Origin: Schizochytrium sp. TIO01
Lineage: Eukaryota; Protista; Bigyra: Labyrinthulomycetes
NCBI GenBank assembly: GCA_004764695.1
Contig: SMSO01000004.1
Span: 1,426,001-1,490,000 of the forward strand
DNA length: 64,000 nucleotides
Reading direction: 5' to 3'
Part shown: positions 14,801 through 26,195 of the stretch, in pieces
How the letters are laid out: every line of letters begins with the position of its first letter
Position numbering within the stretch: position 1 is the first letter of the stretch
The notes under the pieces: model-generated
Told to the model about the DNA's origin: nothing
Seen by the model: the letters and a program-made list of their open reading frames with translations, nothing else
Database searches by the model: none
Made by a program: the position numbers and the translations under genes

Positions 14801-15498
14801 TCTGCTACTGCGAACTGCATTCTGCAACTACGAACCAACGTTCTTACACACGAAGCATTTTGTATTGCTTCTGTAGGGAAAAAGTCAAAAGATGCTCTGT
14901 TTAACATCTCAAAAAATTCACAAAGATACTCATCAACAATAAATTGTTTACAAACTTGGTTCAAGTGTGTTTTCTGTAGTCTGGCAACCCAACAATCCTA
15001 AAGACGCGGCGCCGTCTATTACAACGAAAATTGGTGGAATCAAATTCAAGATACTAATCTGGGTACGAGATTATCCTTTTACATATTTTATTTCTTACAT
15101 GTTTTCGGGGGAAATTATATCAACACACCTTTTGGAATTCCCAACAAAATCCAAGGCCAGCTTTTTGTTTTGAAGCTATTGACTGGGTAACAAGAAATTT
15201 CATTGGAAAACATATCAACAAAATCAATCCTTACATATTTATTTCTGAGCACGAACAAAGGCTACGAAGCTAACAGATGCCACTATAAATAAACATTTCC
15301 TAACCATGCAAAAGCTAAGGAGTGCCCGGCAGATCCAATTCCGTAGTCCTCTTTAAATGCGTGAAGCATAAGTTCTTTCAAGTATACGTGTTGCGGTCTG
15401 ATGAAAAGGCACATTAAAACAGAGAGACACCAACACTCAGTAGAAAGTATGTAATCTTGCACAGCTCAAGAATCAAGGCTGCCTCTTCAATCTATGCA

Positions 15499-16413
15499 TC
15501 AGTCACCACGTTCATAAAGCCAAGTGTGGCCTGGAATACCGTTGCGGTACAGTTTGGTATCAGGCTGATGTTGTTCCATGCGCAAAAGTGCAAGATTCCA
15601 TAGATCCTCCGGTATATCTTCAATCTGATCAGCAATGCGATCCGCATCTAGACTAATGAAGTTTGCTATTTCAGTGCGAAAACCAAGGTAGTATTCCGCT
15701 ACACGTGGTTTTGCAGAAGGTCCAAGAAAAACGTCTGGGTCCATTTTGTCATCTTCCAGAATTCGTCGCCTTAGCGATGAGACTGCAAGCAGTTTTCCAC
15801 GAAGCTTCAGTTTGAAGTTGCTGACCAACGCCCTAGATATTTGCCATGGATATCTGAGAAACACTACAACATCGAAAATCTCGCTGTACACGGCAACTAC
15901 AAGGGGCTGGATCTGAGCCACAAGTGCCGGCATTGGTCTTCCAGTACTAAGAATTGTACGAATTGTTGCAATGTCTACATCTTCAATTGCATTGCCGACA
16001 TCAGAAGTTGGCGGGCACAAGAAGAAACACCATTGCCAACAGCTCGCATGAGATAGTCTTGAAGCTGCCGATTCTCCACCCAAATCAGGCCTCAAGATTG
16101 CTAGGTATTCCAATGACAGACGCAACCCAAGACCCCTCGTTGAAGACCGCCTCCATGAAGACCGCCTCCTGCGTTGCGATTTCAGCTGCTCCTTGCTCAA
16201 CTCCTCTGTCTTCTCCTCCTGATGATTGCTTGGATTTTCGCTAGACTCTTTCTCTGAGTCGCTCTCCACGATGACCTCTTCATCCTTGTCTTCTCCTACC
16301 TTCTCGTTGCCTTTTTCCAGCGCGTGCACACGTTTCAAATCATCGTCTTCTTGAACCTGCGTAGCTACCGCACTACTACTGCTGCCGCTTGAGGAGTGCT
16401 TGTCCGAAGTCAT
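15499..16413 (-). CDS. Hypothetical protein (~304 aa): acidic/Ser-rich disordered N-terminus and globular C-terminal domain
   Basis: 310-codon open frame with first ATG at 16413 (MTSDKHSS) and protein-like composition. The C-terminal 'PALVAQIQPLVVAVYSEIFDVVVFLRYP' recalls bacterial DUF3239-like hypothetical proteins (unverified). Confidence 0.75.
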   Translation of the reverse strand: MTSDKHSSSGSSSSAVATQVQEDDDLKRVHALEKGNEKVGEDKDEEVIVESDSEKESSENPSNHQEEKTEELSKEQLKSQRRRRSSWRRSSTRGLGLRLSLEYLAILRPDLGGESAASRLSHASCWQWCFFLCPPTSDVGNAIEDVDIATIRTILSTGRPMPALVAQIQPLVVAVYSEIFDVVVFLRYPWQISRALVSNFKLKLRGKLLAVSSLRRRILEDDKMDPDVFLGPSAKPRVAEYYLGFRTEIANFISLDADRIADQIEDIPEDLWNLALLRMEQHQPDTKLYRNGIPGHTWLYERGD

Positions 16414-18046
16414 TTTGGAGACTCTCTTCACAGCTCAAGATAGCTTGGAAATCCCCCCTCGTGCCAACTTATCGCTTTACTTCCCCGCTCACGCTCGGTC
16501 GAGATCGAGGTCCAGCTGCCTATTGAATTGATTCAATTCGATTCTGGGCTTGTGGCCACTTTCACGTGCGCTTCGGAAACATAAACAGATCGTGTGGAAT
16601 TTAGAATGGGAAGTAACTGGTGCTAGGCAGTCGCATACCGTGTCGGGAGAAAAAGAAGGTACCTACCTACAGATCGTGAAGCAATTTGGGTTTGATTGAG
16701 CTTGACAGCAAAAGTAGACAGTAGAAGCTATTAAGTTCATTCTTACTGAGCCCTTGTTTCACCAAGGCCAATTTCATTATAGCTTTTATTCTTGAAATTC
16801 ATACTACGATCAAATGGGTACTTGCTAGTACCTACCTACAACTAATACTACCAGGGGATTTGCTTAACCTCCCTATTGTGTAAATGACAAAATGCGTTAT
16901 TTCCCCCCTTAATCGCTCTTTTGTATGTGAAATCTCGAGCAATGTCGAATCAAATTTTGGGTTTTGACTAGCCTATACGCTGAAAGTCTTCACAGACATA
17001 AGAGATTGGGAGAAAATACCTCCTAGCTATGCCAATTTTATAGATCATAACTTCATATGCTTCAAGACCTCTTCCGAACTAGTGTATCTTAACATTCAAT
17101 GAATGGAGCTCGTTGAGTTGCGTCGCCCTTCACATCAATGACATTTCAGTAAAGAGAATAATGCAATCAGGATACAGACTGTTTTTGACATGGTGTTACA
17201 GTGTCTCCTTTGCTCCTTCCTAATGAGCAACATTTATTAACATAAAGTGACTCCAACCCTCGCAAGTCTTCCCGGACTTGTACCAGCAGAAATGAACTAT
17301 TTGCCAACGGATGTATTCTCAAAATACAGAACATTTGCAAAATGTATTGAATTGGGTTGTATTCTATTTTTCATTAAAAACCCACGCAAGAGAAGTAGGC
17401 ATGCTTTCTTGCTCGGATTTTTGCAGAGGTTGTTAATTAACAAGTATGTGCGGCAATGTAAAATTGACAACAAAACAATTCGCACCCAATTTCCATATCT
17501 TCTCACAAACGAATTAAAAATTATAGGGTAGAGTATCATTTATTCTTTTCCCAAAGCGGCAATGCAAAGCTGGCATTCAGGTGAGTGCAATTCACTACCC
17601 AAAGTTTGCTCTTTTGTCCACCTTGTAAAAAAGAAATACATGTTCTTGTTGTTTATTTGAAAACTTAAACTTTGTGTTCAAACAGTCGATATCTTTCTTT
17701 CTTTCTTTTTCCCTGTTGGCTTGGATGTACCAAAAGAAACCATATCAATTTTGAACAAAGGGCTAGTGAAAATTAAGCAATTGAAAGTTATAAAATGCAT
17801 TTTTGATTATTTCGTTGGAGGCCAACAAAGACACAGGGTGTACTCTGACAAGAGCTATAACGCTACAGTACATTCATCAACAAGGGTAGAGTAAGCGGGT
17901 GACAGACCTGCTCCTCATCATGGGTTTATCAAGACCTTTGTTCTTCAGTTTGGGCTTTTTTCATTTATCGAAAGCACTGATGCAGGTAAGCATGAAGGTC
18001 ACCTATGGGTGACATCATGTCTTACGAGTGTGTATGTATGTATTCA

Positions 18047-18736
18047 TCAATAGTCGTCTGGCAAATGCTTCGCGCAAAGGTTGCACACACGCACAGGTTC
18101 TTTAATTTCAAGGAACTTCAGAACGCGGCGATGCGGACTACACGCGTCACACATGACATTGGAGCAGTTGCGGCAATGGTGTTTGCGAACAAAAAGGGTA
18201 AACTCGGTATCACAGATACGGCAGCTTACAGCCTCACTGTCAGCAATCCAGTCGAGGACTTCCTCGGGTTGGATATCGTACGACTTTTCGCGAACAAGAC
18301 GGCGACGTCTTGGGGGAGGGGATGGGGTTTGGATTGGGAGCTCTGATTTCCCAGATGGTGAAGACGGGCTGGTGTATTTTTCCTCTTCACAGCAGCAGTG
18401 GCAGCAAGACTCAGAACGATTGTCGAGGTCAAAGAGTTGAGAAGCTGCATCTGCAGAGTTGCCACGCGGTCGGCCTGCAAGAGTGCGAGGCTGTTGAAGC
18501 AGTGGCTCATTCTGAGGGGTTGCAGAGCTGTTTAGGACAGCAGGAGTAATATTTCCGGCACTTACAAGAGACTCACGTCGCTTGAATTTAGCCCGCATGT
18601 ACAGATCTTTAACTGTAAGTGAAGTCTTATCCACCTCTGTGAGTTGAGGGACCACCAGAGGCTCGCATGACAATTGCAGTTTGTTCAAGTTTTTCGAAGC
18701 GATGTTGGAGGCAGAGATGGCGTTTTTGAGGGACTC
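18047..18736 (-). CDS. FYVE zinc-finger C-terminal segment, in the +1 frame relative to the kinase; most likely the same gene
   Basis: Canonical FYVE: WIAD...CRIC...RKHHCRNC...CDAC...RVCNLC. The frame is open from ~18919 and overlaps the end of the kinase ORF; it has no convincing start context of its own. Confidence 0.85.
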   Translation of the reverse strand, partial: ESLKNAISASNIASKNLNKLQLSCEPLVVPQLTEVDKTSLTVKDLYMRAKFKRRESLVSAGNITPAVLNSSATPQNEPLLQQPRTLAGRPRGNSADAASQLFDLDNRSESCCHCCCEEEKYTSPSSPSGKSELPIQTPSPPPRRRRLVREKSYDIQPEEVLDWIADSEAVSCRICDTEFTLFVRKHHCRNCSNVMCDACSPHRRVLKFLEIKEPVRVCNLCAKHLPDDY

Positions 18737-21044
18737 AGGGTTGGCGAGGGTAATTTTCCGCACCAGAATAAGTATCCGCCGACTCTCTGGGAGACCCAAC
18801 AAAGCTGCTCGTTGTAGTATCGGTGCAGGACGAGTTGGCGCTACTCGCTTCATCAGAGGGAAAGTCATCACCTCCACGCACTGATGGGTCAGGAGTGTGT
18901 GCGTCAAAGAGGGTGTAATTCACACGACGAGCAAGCCACATGTCATCGTCCACTTCAGGCAAGGATGACGCACTGCGAAGGAGGCTAAGGTCATCCGAGC
19001 TGCTGTTTTCTAGGTTCCGATAGAAAGCATCTTCAGGGATTGCGTCAAAGCCCCGTTTTTCCAGTTCTCGGTAGCGATTCATGTTCCTCAGAAAATTTGT
19101 CACGCGAATAGGTAATGGCTCGTTCGTGGTATCAAGTTGGTCCATGATTCTTGTTTGTAATTCCACAGGGTCAATACCACTGTCACTCGGCAGACCTGCG
19201 CCTGGTGGCGCAGATGCAGCAACAGAATGCGCGTGAGATTCAACATCCTCATTTTCTTCATCATGACCGAAGTGCTGGTGATCAGTTTCAAGGTCATGCT
19301 CAAAGTGGTCATCATCAAACTCGGAATGGTGAACGCATTCGTGTTCATGGTCATACTCGAAGACCTCACCGCCCTCGTTGTTCGCGGTAAGCAGGGTCGC
19401 GTGTAAAGGTTCGGGTGCATGATGCGGGTTATCAAGAGCCTCAATCCAGGGATGCTCGAGAACTTGTTCGGCGGTGTAGCGATGGGCAATGTCCAGAACA
19501 AGAAGACGAGAAATGAGATCGCGAGCCATGACAGAAACCTGGGACCAATCGCGCTCAGGAAAGACGTAGCGAGCGCGGACGATGCGCTCTTGCAGCTCCG
19601 TCTCTTTAAAAGGAGGGTATCCGCACAACAAGATGTAAAGTACAACACCTAGACTCCACATATCAGCAGCCGTGTTGCAGTAACCCGAGGTGTAAACCTC
19701 GGGGGGTGCAAAAAGGGGTGCCGCGACATGCCGGCGAATGGGAGAATTAGGATGCAGCATCTGCTCAGCAACACCAAAGTCGCAAAGCTTGGCTACGTTG
19801 TCCTCGGTGCAAAGAATATTATCTAGCTTAACATCCATGTGAACCACGCCCTTTTCATGGCATTTTTTAAGGGCCAGAGCTAGGTCGCGGATGTACTTGG
19901 CAGCTGTCCGCTCACAGTAGCGTTCATTCTCGTTGCAGCACACGATGTTCTGCAGGAGTGTTTGCTTTACGTACTCGAGTACGAAAATAGCAAACTTACG
20001 GCCCATTTCGAAATCGATGAGCTTGACGACATTGGTGTGCTCGCAAAGACGTTGAAGACGGGCCTCTTCCTTGCAGTCTTTACGGCGGGACTCGTCGCTG
20101 AGGCCCTTTACCTGGATGCGCACAAATTTCAGTGCCACGATTTGACCAGTCTTGATTTCCCGGGCTCTAAAAACTACCGCCGTAACACCAGCAGCTTCTG
20201 CTTGGATGATTTCAAACGCCTTAGATAGCCTAGGTGCCTCTGTCTTGAAGAGGCCGGCTACGCCTTCTTCACCTCGAGACTGTCCCCATCGTTTGGCGTA
20301 CTCGGCCTGAGCTTCGTGAAAATCACTAAAGAGTTTCCGGCCCTTTGCTGCAATAAGACTACGCTGGTTGGCATTCGACTTCGCGGCTGCGGTCTTTTTT
20401 CCAGCGCCTGCCCTTCCTCTCTGTCTCTGCGATTCGGCGCGCAGTCTCGAGGCCTCAACAGCAGCCTTGGGCGGTGCTACAGCGGGGAACTTGCTACTGG
20501 CAAACTTGGCGCCCTTGATGGTGCCCCCCTTTCCACCGTTCCCAAGGCTGTGGTGCGTCTTGAGGCTTTTAGCCCCAACCTGCTGTTGAAGGTGCTGCTG
20601 CTTCTTGTTCACGTAGTAGTGCGGGTGCCGCTGGCGTTGCCGACGCAGGTTGTACCCCTCGTCCTCCTCGTGCTCTTGCTCAGAGACGGGGCGGCCGAGG
20701 GGGCCGCGATTATCGCCATTGCCCCGATTCCCATCCTCGCCGCCCTCCTCGGAGTCACAGCATTCCCTTTCGCACGTCATCGCGGCCTCTGCTGCTCCGT
20801 TTGCGGCCTTGGAGTTCAAATTTAAGTTCATACTTGCGTTCAAACTCCTCTGCTGCTGTTTCTGTGTCTGAGAAGGTGACTGGGGCCTTAGCCTTGCGGC
20901 ACGTCCCCGCGTCGGTAATGGCTGAGGTCCCAGTTGTGGTTGTTGTTGCGCTCCTGCCCTCGTTTGTTTCTTGCCGCGAGGCGCCACGTCGTCATCGTGG
21001 TGGTCACCTGCTGTGTACATTTCGCGCGTGATTTCGTTGCCCAT
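18735..21044 (-). CDS. CAMK-group Ser/Thr protein kinase with N-myristoylation motif; 5' part of a kinase-FYVE gene
   Basis: Start MGNEIT (MGxxxT). Kinase motifs: VALK, alphaC E (KEEARL), HMDVKLDN, DFG, PPE, DMWSLGVVLYILLCGYPPF and RYTAEQVLEHPW. The frame ends at CCC-TGA (18740-18735). Confidence 0.9.
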   Translation of the reverse strand: MGNEITREMYTAGDHHDDDVAPRGKKQTRAGAQQQPQLGPQPLPTRGRAARLRPQSPSQTQKQQQRSLNASMNLNLNSKAANGAAEAAMTCERECCDSEEGGEDGNRGNGDNRGPLGRPVSEQEHEEDEGYNLRRQRQRHPHYYVNKKQQHLQQQVGAKSLKTHHSLGNGGKGGTIKGAKFASSKFPAVAPPKAAVEASRLRAESQRQRGRAGAGKKTAAAKSNANQRSLIAAKGRKLFSDFHEAQAEYAKRWGQSRGEEGVAGLFKTEAPRLSKAFEIIQAEAAGVTAVVFRAREIKTGQIVALKFVRIQVKGLSDESRRKDCKEEARLQRLCEHTNVVKLIDFEMGRKFAIFVLEYVKQTLLQNIVCCNENERYCERTAAKYIRDLALALKKCHEKGVVHMDVKLDNILCTEDNVAKLCDFGVAEQMLHPNSPIRRHVAAPLFAPPEVYTSGYCNTAADMWSLGVVLYILLCGYPPFKETELQERIVRARYVFPERDWSQVSVMARDLISRLLVLDIAHRYTAEQVLEHPWIEALDNPHHAPEPLHATLLTANNEGGEVFEYDHEHECVHHSEFDDDHFEHDLETDHQHFGHDEENEDVESHAHSVAASAPPGAGLPSDSGIDPVELQTRIMDQLDTTNEPLPIRVTNFLRNMNRYRELEKRGFDAIPEDAFYRNLENSSSDDLSLLRSASSLPEVDDDMWLARRVNYTLFDAHTPDPSVRGGDDFPSDEASSANSSCTDTTTSSFVGSPRESADTYSGAENYPRQP

Positions 21045-21238
21045 TTTATCTCTATGCGCTCGGAGCAAACGACCCGTCGTCCGTTCCGGCGAGAATAGGT
21101 TCTACCTGCTCAAACCGTGCAGGTTCCGCGTGCCAATTTGCCACGCCTTGCCCCGTCGCAGGCCCTTCGCCTGCAAGAAAGCCAAAGGACTCCCGACCGA
21201 GCTCTCTGCGCGAGCGAGGTCAATTTAATATTTGTTCT

Positions 21239-21239
<1 letters not shown>

Positions 21240-21274
<35 letters not shown>

Positions 21275-21275
21275 T
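21240..21275. repeat. (TTTC)n microsatellite
   Basis: Directly visible. Confidence 0.9.
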
Positions 21276-22018
21276 CCCTTTGCATGAGCCCTCCTACCCC
21301 TTTCCCTACTACTTCCCTCACCGCCCGGCCTATCGGTCCTTAGTGGAAACTGGTAACCAACTAGAACTCTTTCCTTTCTATTTTCTCAAACATTTGACTG
21401 GTTAAAGAATGAGTCTTTTCCTTTCTCTACGACGTCGTAGGTCTTCGGTAGCGACCAAGGGGTTGCCAGAGTATGCAAATACATGCTTGAAACGGGTGCC
21501 CCTTGGAGAATCACTTTCTTGTTAGTTTCTCCTCCTTTCCATACCGCTGAGTTATTCCAATTCATTCTACTTCTTCCTCTTACAATTGATAAACAAATTA
21601 AAATAAAAAACTTATTTCCTTTTTCAAACTCTTCTTTGGGTACCGCTCATTAGAGAAAACTATAGGCCTGCGGTAGACGTTCCGAAGGCTTGAAACTAGT
21701 TCCTTTGGGTTTTGTAGGAACTGGGAAACTACCTCATAGTATGATTATATTAAAAAGGAGTACTCAGAGGAATTGACTATCTACCTGCTGATTATTATGA
21801 TGTTTCGAGTTCTTCTCCGCCGCGAGGTTCTTGAGCACTGCAGTCTTAAGGTCTGCCCAAAATGCTGCGGCTGCCAACCAACGAAGCGCCGCACAGCGCT
21901 TTAAACTGAGAGATTGAGGTGGAGGGACGCGATAACAGGTCGTCAGGGACAGAGCTCCTTAAGGCGCCTAAGTAGTACTTTTTTCCACTCTTGAGGACGT
22001 AGAATTATATATTCATAA

Positions 22019-22052
22019 TTTCTTCTTCTTCTTCTTCTTCTTCTTCTTCTTC
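22019..22052. repeat. (CTT)n microsatellite
   Basis: Directly visible. Confidence 0.9.
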
Positions 22053-25000
22053 TAATTCTCTGTTTGGCCTTTTTGGCTGGTGCGTGAGATTCTCCCCCCT
22101 CAAGCAATTTGCCCCTCCCGAAAAGATACCACTGCCACTGGCTGCTTGTGAGGGGATACACTGGTAACCTTAATTGCACTTGTGCAATATTCTTCACTTG
22201 TAAACACAGATAAATATGTTTATATTACCCATTTTAACCTACTTTAATGATCGCCATATCTTACTTATTAGATTTGTTCACTTCAAAACTTGTGTTTGCC
22301 TCTCAACCACACTACTTCTTCTAAAGCCAGTGCTTCTTTGAGGAAAGAAAGTCACGAAATTCCTCAAGATTCGAGGCCTGAGAGCAAAGATGCGAAAACC
22401 AGTCTTCCGCCCCGTCTCTATCGCCTTCTGAGGGAGGGCGCGTCAACGAAAGGACTGAGAGATTGCTAAGCAGTGGTAGGTAGGTGCTATTACCTCTCGC
22501 TTTTTCAATTCCTACACCTAAACAAAGGATGCGGCGAACGAAAAATCTTTCTTCAAGTCTGCGTTGCTGCTTAGACAGGCCTTAAAGTTTGTCCTAGCAG
22601 CGCTCGCTCCCTTCAACTCAATTCCTCATCGTAACAACAGGTGAATATGCTTTGGCTTTACTATATATTCATTGTTAATTACTTCATCGAATTAGAATTT
22701 TAATTAAAAAAAGAAACGAAAATCCTACAAACAAAACCAAAGACAAAGAATCGCCTCATAGTCGCTACTAAGCTGAAGGGTGTATGGGAGAAAGAGGAAC
22801 GGAACCCGTGCGCCGATCGAAGTCCTTCCCACTCCTGCTCAGCTCAGCTCAGCTTTAAGCTGCCTCCGCTTCTCTGCTGCTCTGCTCTGCCTGGAAGAGC
22901 CATCTCGAGCCGGCGCTCCGCTGCGCGTGTGCTCTGGTTACGGCTCGCTCGCACGCAGTCTGCGGGCCCCAATCCCGGCATGGCGTAGAGGCGGAAGGAA
23001 GTCTGTCGCGTGACCATCATGATTCCAAAATTCTCAACGCGAAAGATACCCAAACTACTTTGACTCTGTCTTCGAAAGATCTTGGAAATCGAAATCCAAC
23101 TCGACTTACTTACTAACTACCTATACACACATTCGCCCCTAGCTCTTACTACTTACTGCTTAGCAGGCAGGGCTGCTCAGGCGCGGACTCCATTCGAAAG
23201 GAGAAAAGAGTTTTTAAGGTCAACTCAATTCGAGTTCCGCAGAACTAACGAAGGATAGGATGACAAATAACTAAATAAATATCTAATAACTTGGACATCA
23301 CTGACCATCAGATCACTGTGAGCGGCACCGGGTCAATCGAGAGAAGCAAAAGGCAAGAGTCGTGGCCCCTCAGGGCAGCGGCTGGATGGATACCTAGCTA
23401 GCTAGCTAGGTGCCTGCAAGTCAGCCAGCCTTCAGCTGCGCTGCCGAGAGGGCTGGGCCAAGCTGAGCTCGAGGCAGCCGCAGGCTTCGGAGGCCTCGCC
23501 TCGCCTTTTGGGCGCCGATCTCGCCATCGTGGGCGGCCAATTTGACTCTCACTCAATAGCTAACTAACTAACTAACTAACTTCTCGCGATCGCGGAAGAT
23601 AATCAATCGATCAATGAAAAGACACAGCATAGAGAGACGGACGAGAACGAAAGAGCCTGGCGGCTAGAACCCCCCTACCTTAAACCTTAGCTGTCCCCGT
23701 TCCACTGTTCTGTTTCGATTGCGCCACCCCACGGAAGAAGAACGCCCGGAGACCTAGCTGTAGCTAGCTAGCTGTAGCCAGGGCGGAAGAGAGGGTTTTA
23801 CAGTCAATGTGTAAGCAGGGAGGACGATGGAAGAAGCTCGCGAATGCTAATTCAGAGGACTCAGAGCTCTGTGAACTAATTACAACTCCGCAGAGGAACT
23901 GAAGGCTGTGAAAAGGCGGCTTGCGATAGGATTACAGCTCTAACTGATGGTTGACCTGGGTCAGGTCAGCCAATGGCTCCCGTCTCTTGCCTGCCTGGCC
24001 CTCCGTCCGTCTATCTGCCGCGGCGGTTACCGTGGCCGTGTCGCGTGGAGGCAGCGAGGGATGCGTTGGGCCAAGCCGCAGCGACGGCGGCGAGAAAGTG
24101 GCTCTGCGGAGACCAGCATGCCGAGGACGAGGCCCAGGAACCCTGTGCTTTCTTTGTGGACTTTAGGGATTCTTTTTCTCCAGCTGATGAGCTTGCTTGC
24201 TGTCGATGGATTTTTTTTATAATTCTTTTTATAATTCTGGGTTTCCGCTTTTGTCTTTCTGCGAAACCCTTTTTCGCAGGTAGGAGCCTGTACTGGGCGG
24301 CAGTAGCTGCGAGGACGTGCCTACTTCTTTTGAACCTGGACTTGGACTTGGACTTGGACTTGAACTTGAACTCGAGACGAAAGAAACTCTAGCCAAGCCG
24401 CCCAAGCCAGAGTAAAAGCAGCTCTAGACGAGACCATGTGCTGGCTGCTGCTGCTCCGAGGTTTCGCCAGCAAACAATCCATCGGCTGGCGAGCCAGAGG
24501 GCCAAGCCAGTGTGGACTTTACTGCCTTGCTGGCTGTAGTAGACCTCCCTACCTACTGCTACCAGTGCCTCGTACGAAGTCGCCAGGACATTTACATAAT
24601 GTCTAAATCTCACAGCAACCTGTTGTTCTGTTGTATTGCTATTATTATGAGCGCCATCCAATCGGCGAGAGAGCCATTACTCCGCCTCTAAGCTACAGAA
24701 CCTTACTAAGAGCTCACTAGCACGCTTGCAGCAATGGAGCAAAACTTTCAGAAGCGACGGGTTCCCCGCACGTGCGCTCGTGTGCTGGCGTGCCCCGCAA
24801 CTGCGGGCGCAATGTCGGAGCAGAGGTGGCCACTAAACGGTACCGGTACCTTGAAGTTTTAAGGTTGAGGTTAAGAGGTCTTATTAGTGGGGATGCGGGG
24901 AACGCTGAGGGGAGACCTTAAGTCCAAGTTTAAATCTCATGAATTTTCGCGAAGAGTGTGCGTGGCGCGATGCTTCAAACTGTGAAGCAAAGTAGAGTTG

Positions 25001-26195
25001 GCGAAGAATATGCTGGTTATTGTAATAGAACGGTATGCGTTGCTTGAGGAACTAAGTGGTCTTGCAGAAAATGTGGAGTGCTAGCTAGCTAGTGATATGG
25101 TTGTGTACCTAGGTAGTTACTTGAAGAGTTTGGTAAACCTTATTTTAATAAATTTTTAAATATCTGTGTATCTTTGCGCACCTAAATCTTATAAAGCTGG
25201 ACAACAGCTAGGTTCCAGAGCAACAATGAGATTCGCGTTGTTTTTCTTCTCTTTTTTAAGGGGGCGGGGGGGGAGGTCTTGACTGTTGCTCGCTCCGGTC
25301 TGTTTATGTTGAAACATCAAATCGAGATAATTTGATTCTCCGGGGTCTGATCCAACTGGGTAGTCCCACTCAGCTACTTACAGTATTGGTGTCGACTCAC
25401 ATTCCTTGTAAAGAATATAGCATGGGAGACAGGAATACATTCTTATCTATTAGCTAGCAACTTGAAAATTCCTCTGCTTGACAGTAGTAGGTTAGTAGGT
25501 TCAAGAAGGCATTCTCCCACTTCTGCTTCTTCTATGGAATGCGTTCACACTCAAAAGGACATCACTTACTTCAGTTAGACCGGCGTTGTTTATATCAAAC
25601 TTCACATTGTAATTCGTTCAAACCTTATCTGCCATACGTAGTGCAAGCCAAAATGAATGCATGCATGAAGCTCCCCGTGTGCCGCACGTGCTAGATATGT
25701 AAGGTTCCAAAATATACTGTTATGGTAGAAATACCTAAGGGCTGTCTAAATGTCGAGATCTTGAGCCACCCTGGCAAGTTGATGGTGACAAATATACTGA
25801 ATAGTCTCCGAACGGTCATGTACTAGTTTCGTTGATCAGCCAAAAGACCATCCATATCTCCATCATGATATAATAGCAATTTTGGCACGAAACTAGTATC
25901 AATCCGGGTTGATTCTAAATATCGAATGGTTCGCCTAGAAAGCTTTTAGACTCCGCATTTAGGATTGGTTCTTGTAGGAAACCAGGTTGTGCTAGCGGCT
26001 GCATATCATACATCAGCGCTAGAACCGAAACAAGACGAACACATAGAATTGTGCAAAAGATTAAAAAGAGGAAATCATAAATGAATGAAAAGTTACTGAT
26101 GGGTAGAGTATTGAAACGCGAAAGACTGGACGAGGAGGAGGATACAGAATCCTTGTCACGTCTAGTGGGAAGCCACCGAAGAGGAAGCCCACAAC

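Noticed and set aside
18630-18737. UGA readthrough or selenocysteine at the kinase stop
   Set aside because: In-frame readthrough adds only ~35 aa and does not reach the FYVE domain.
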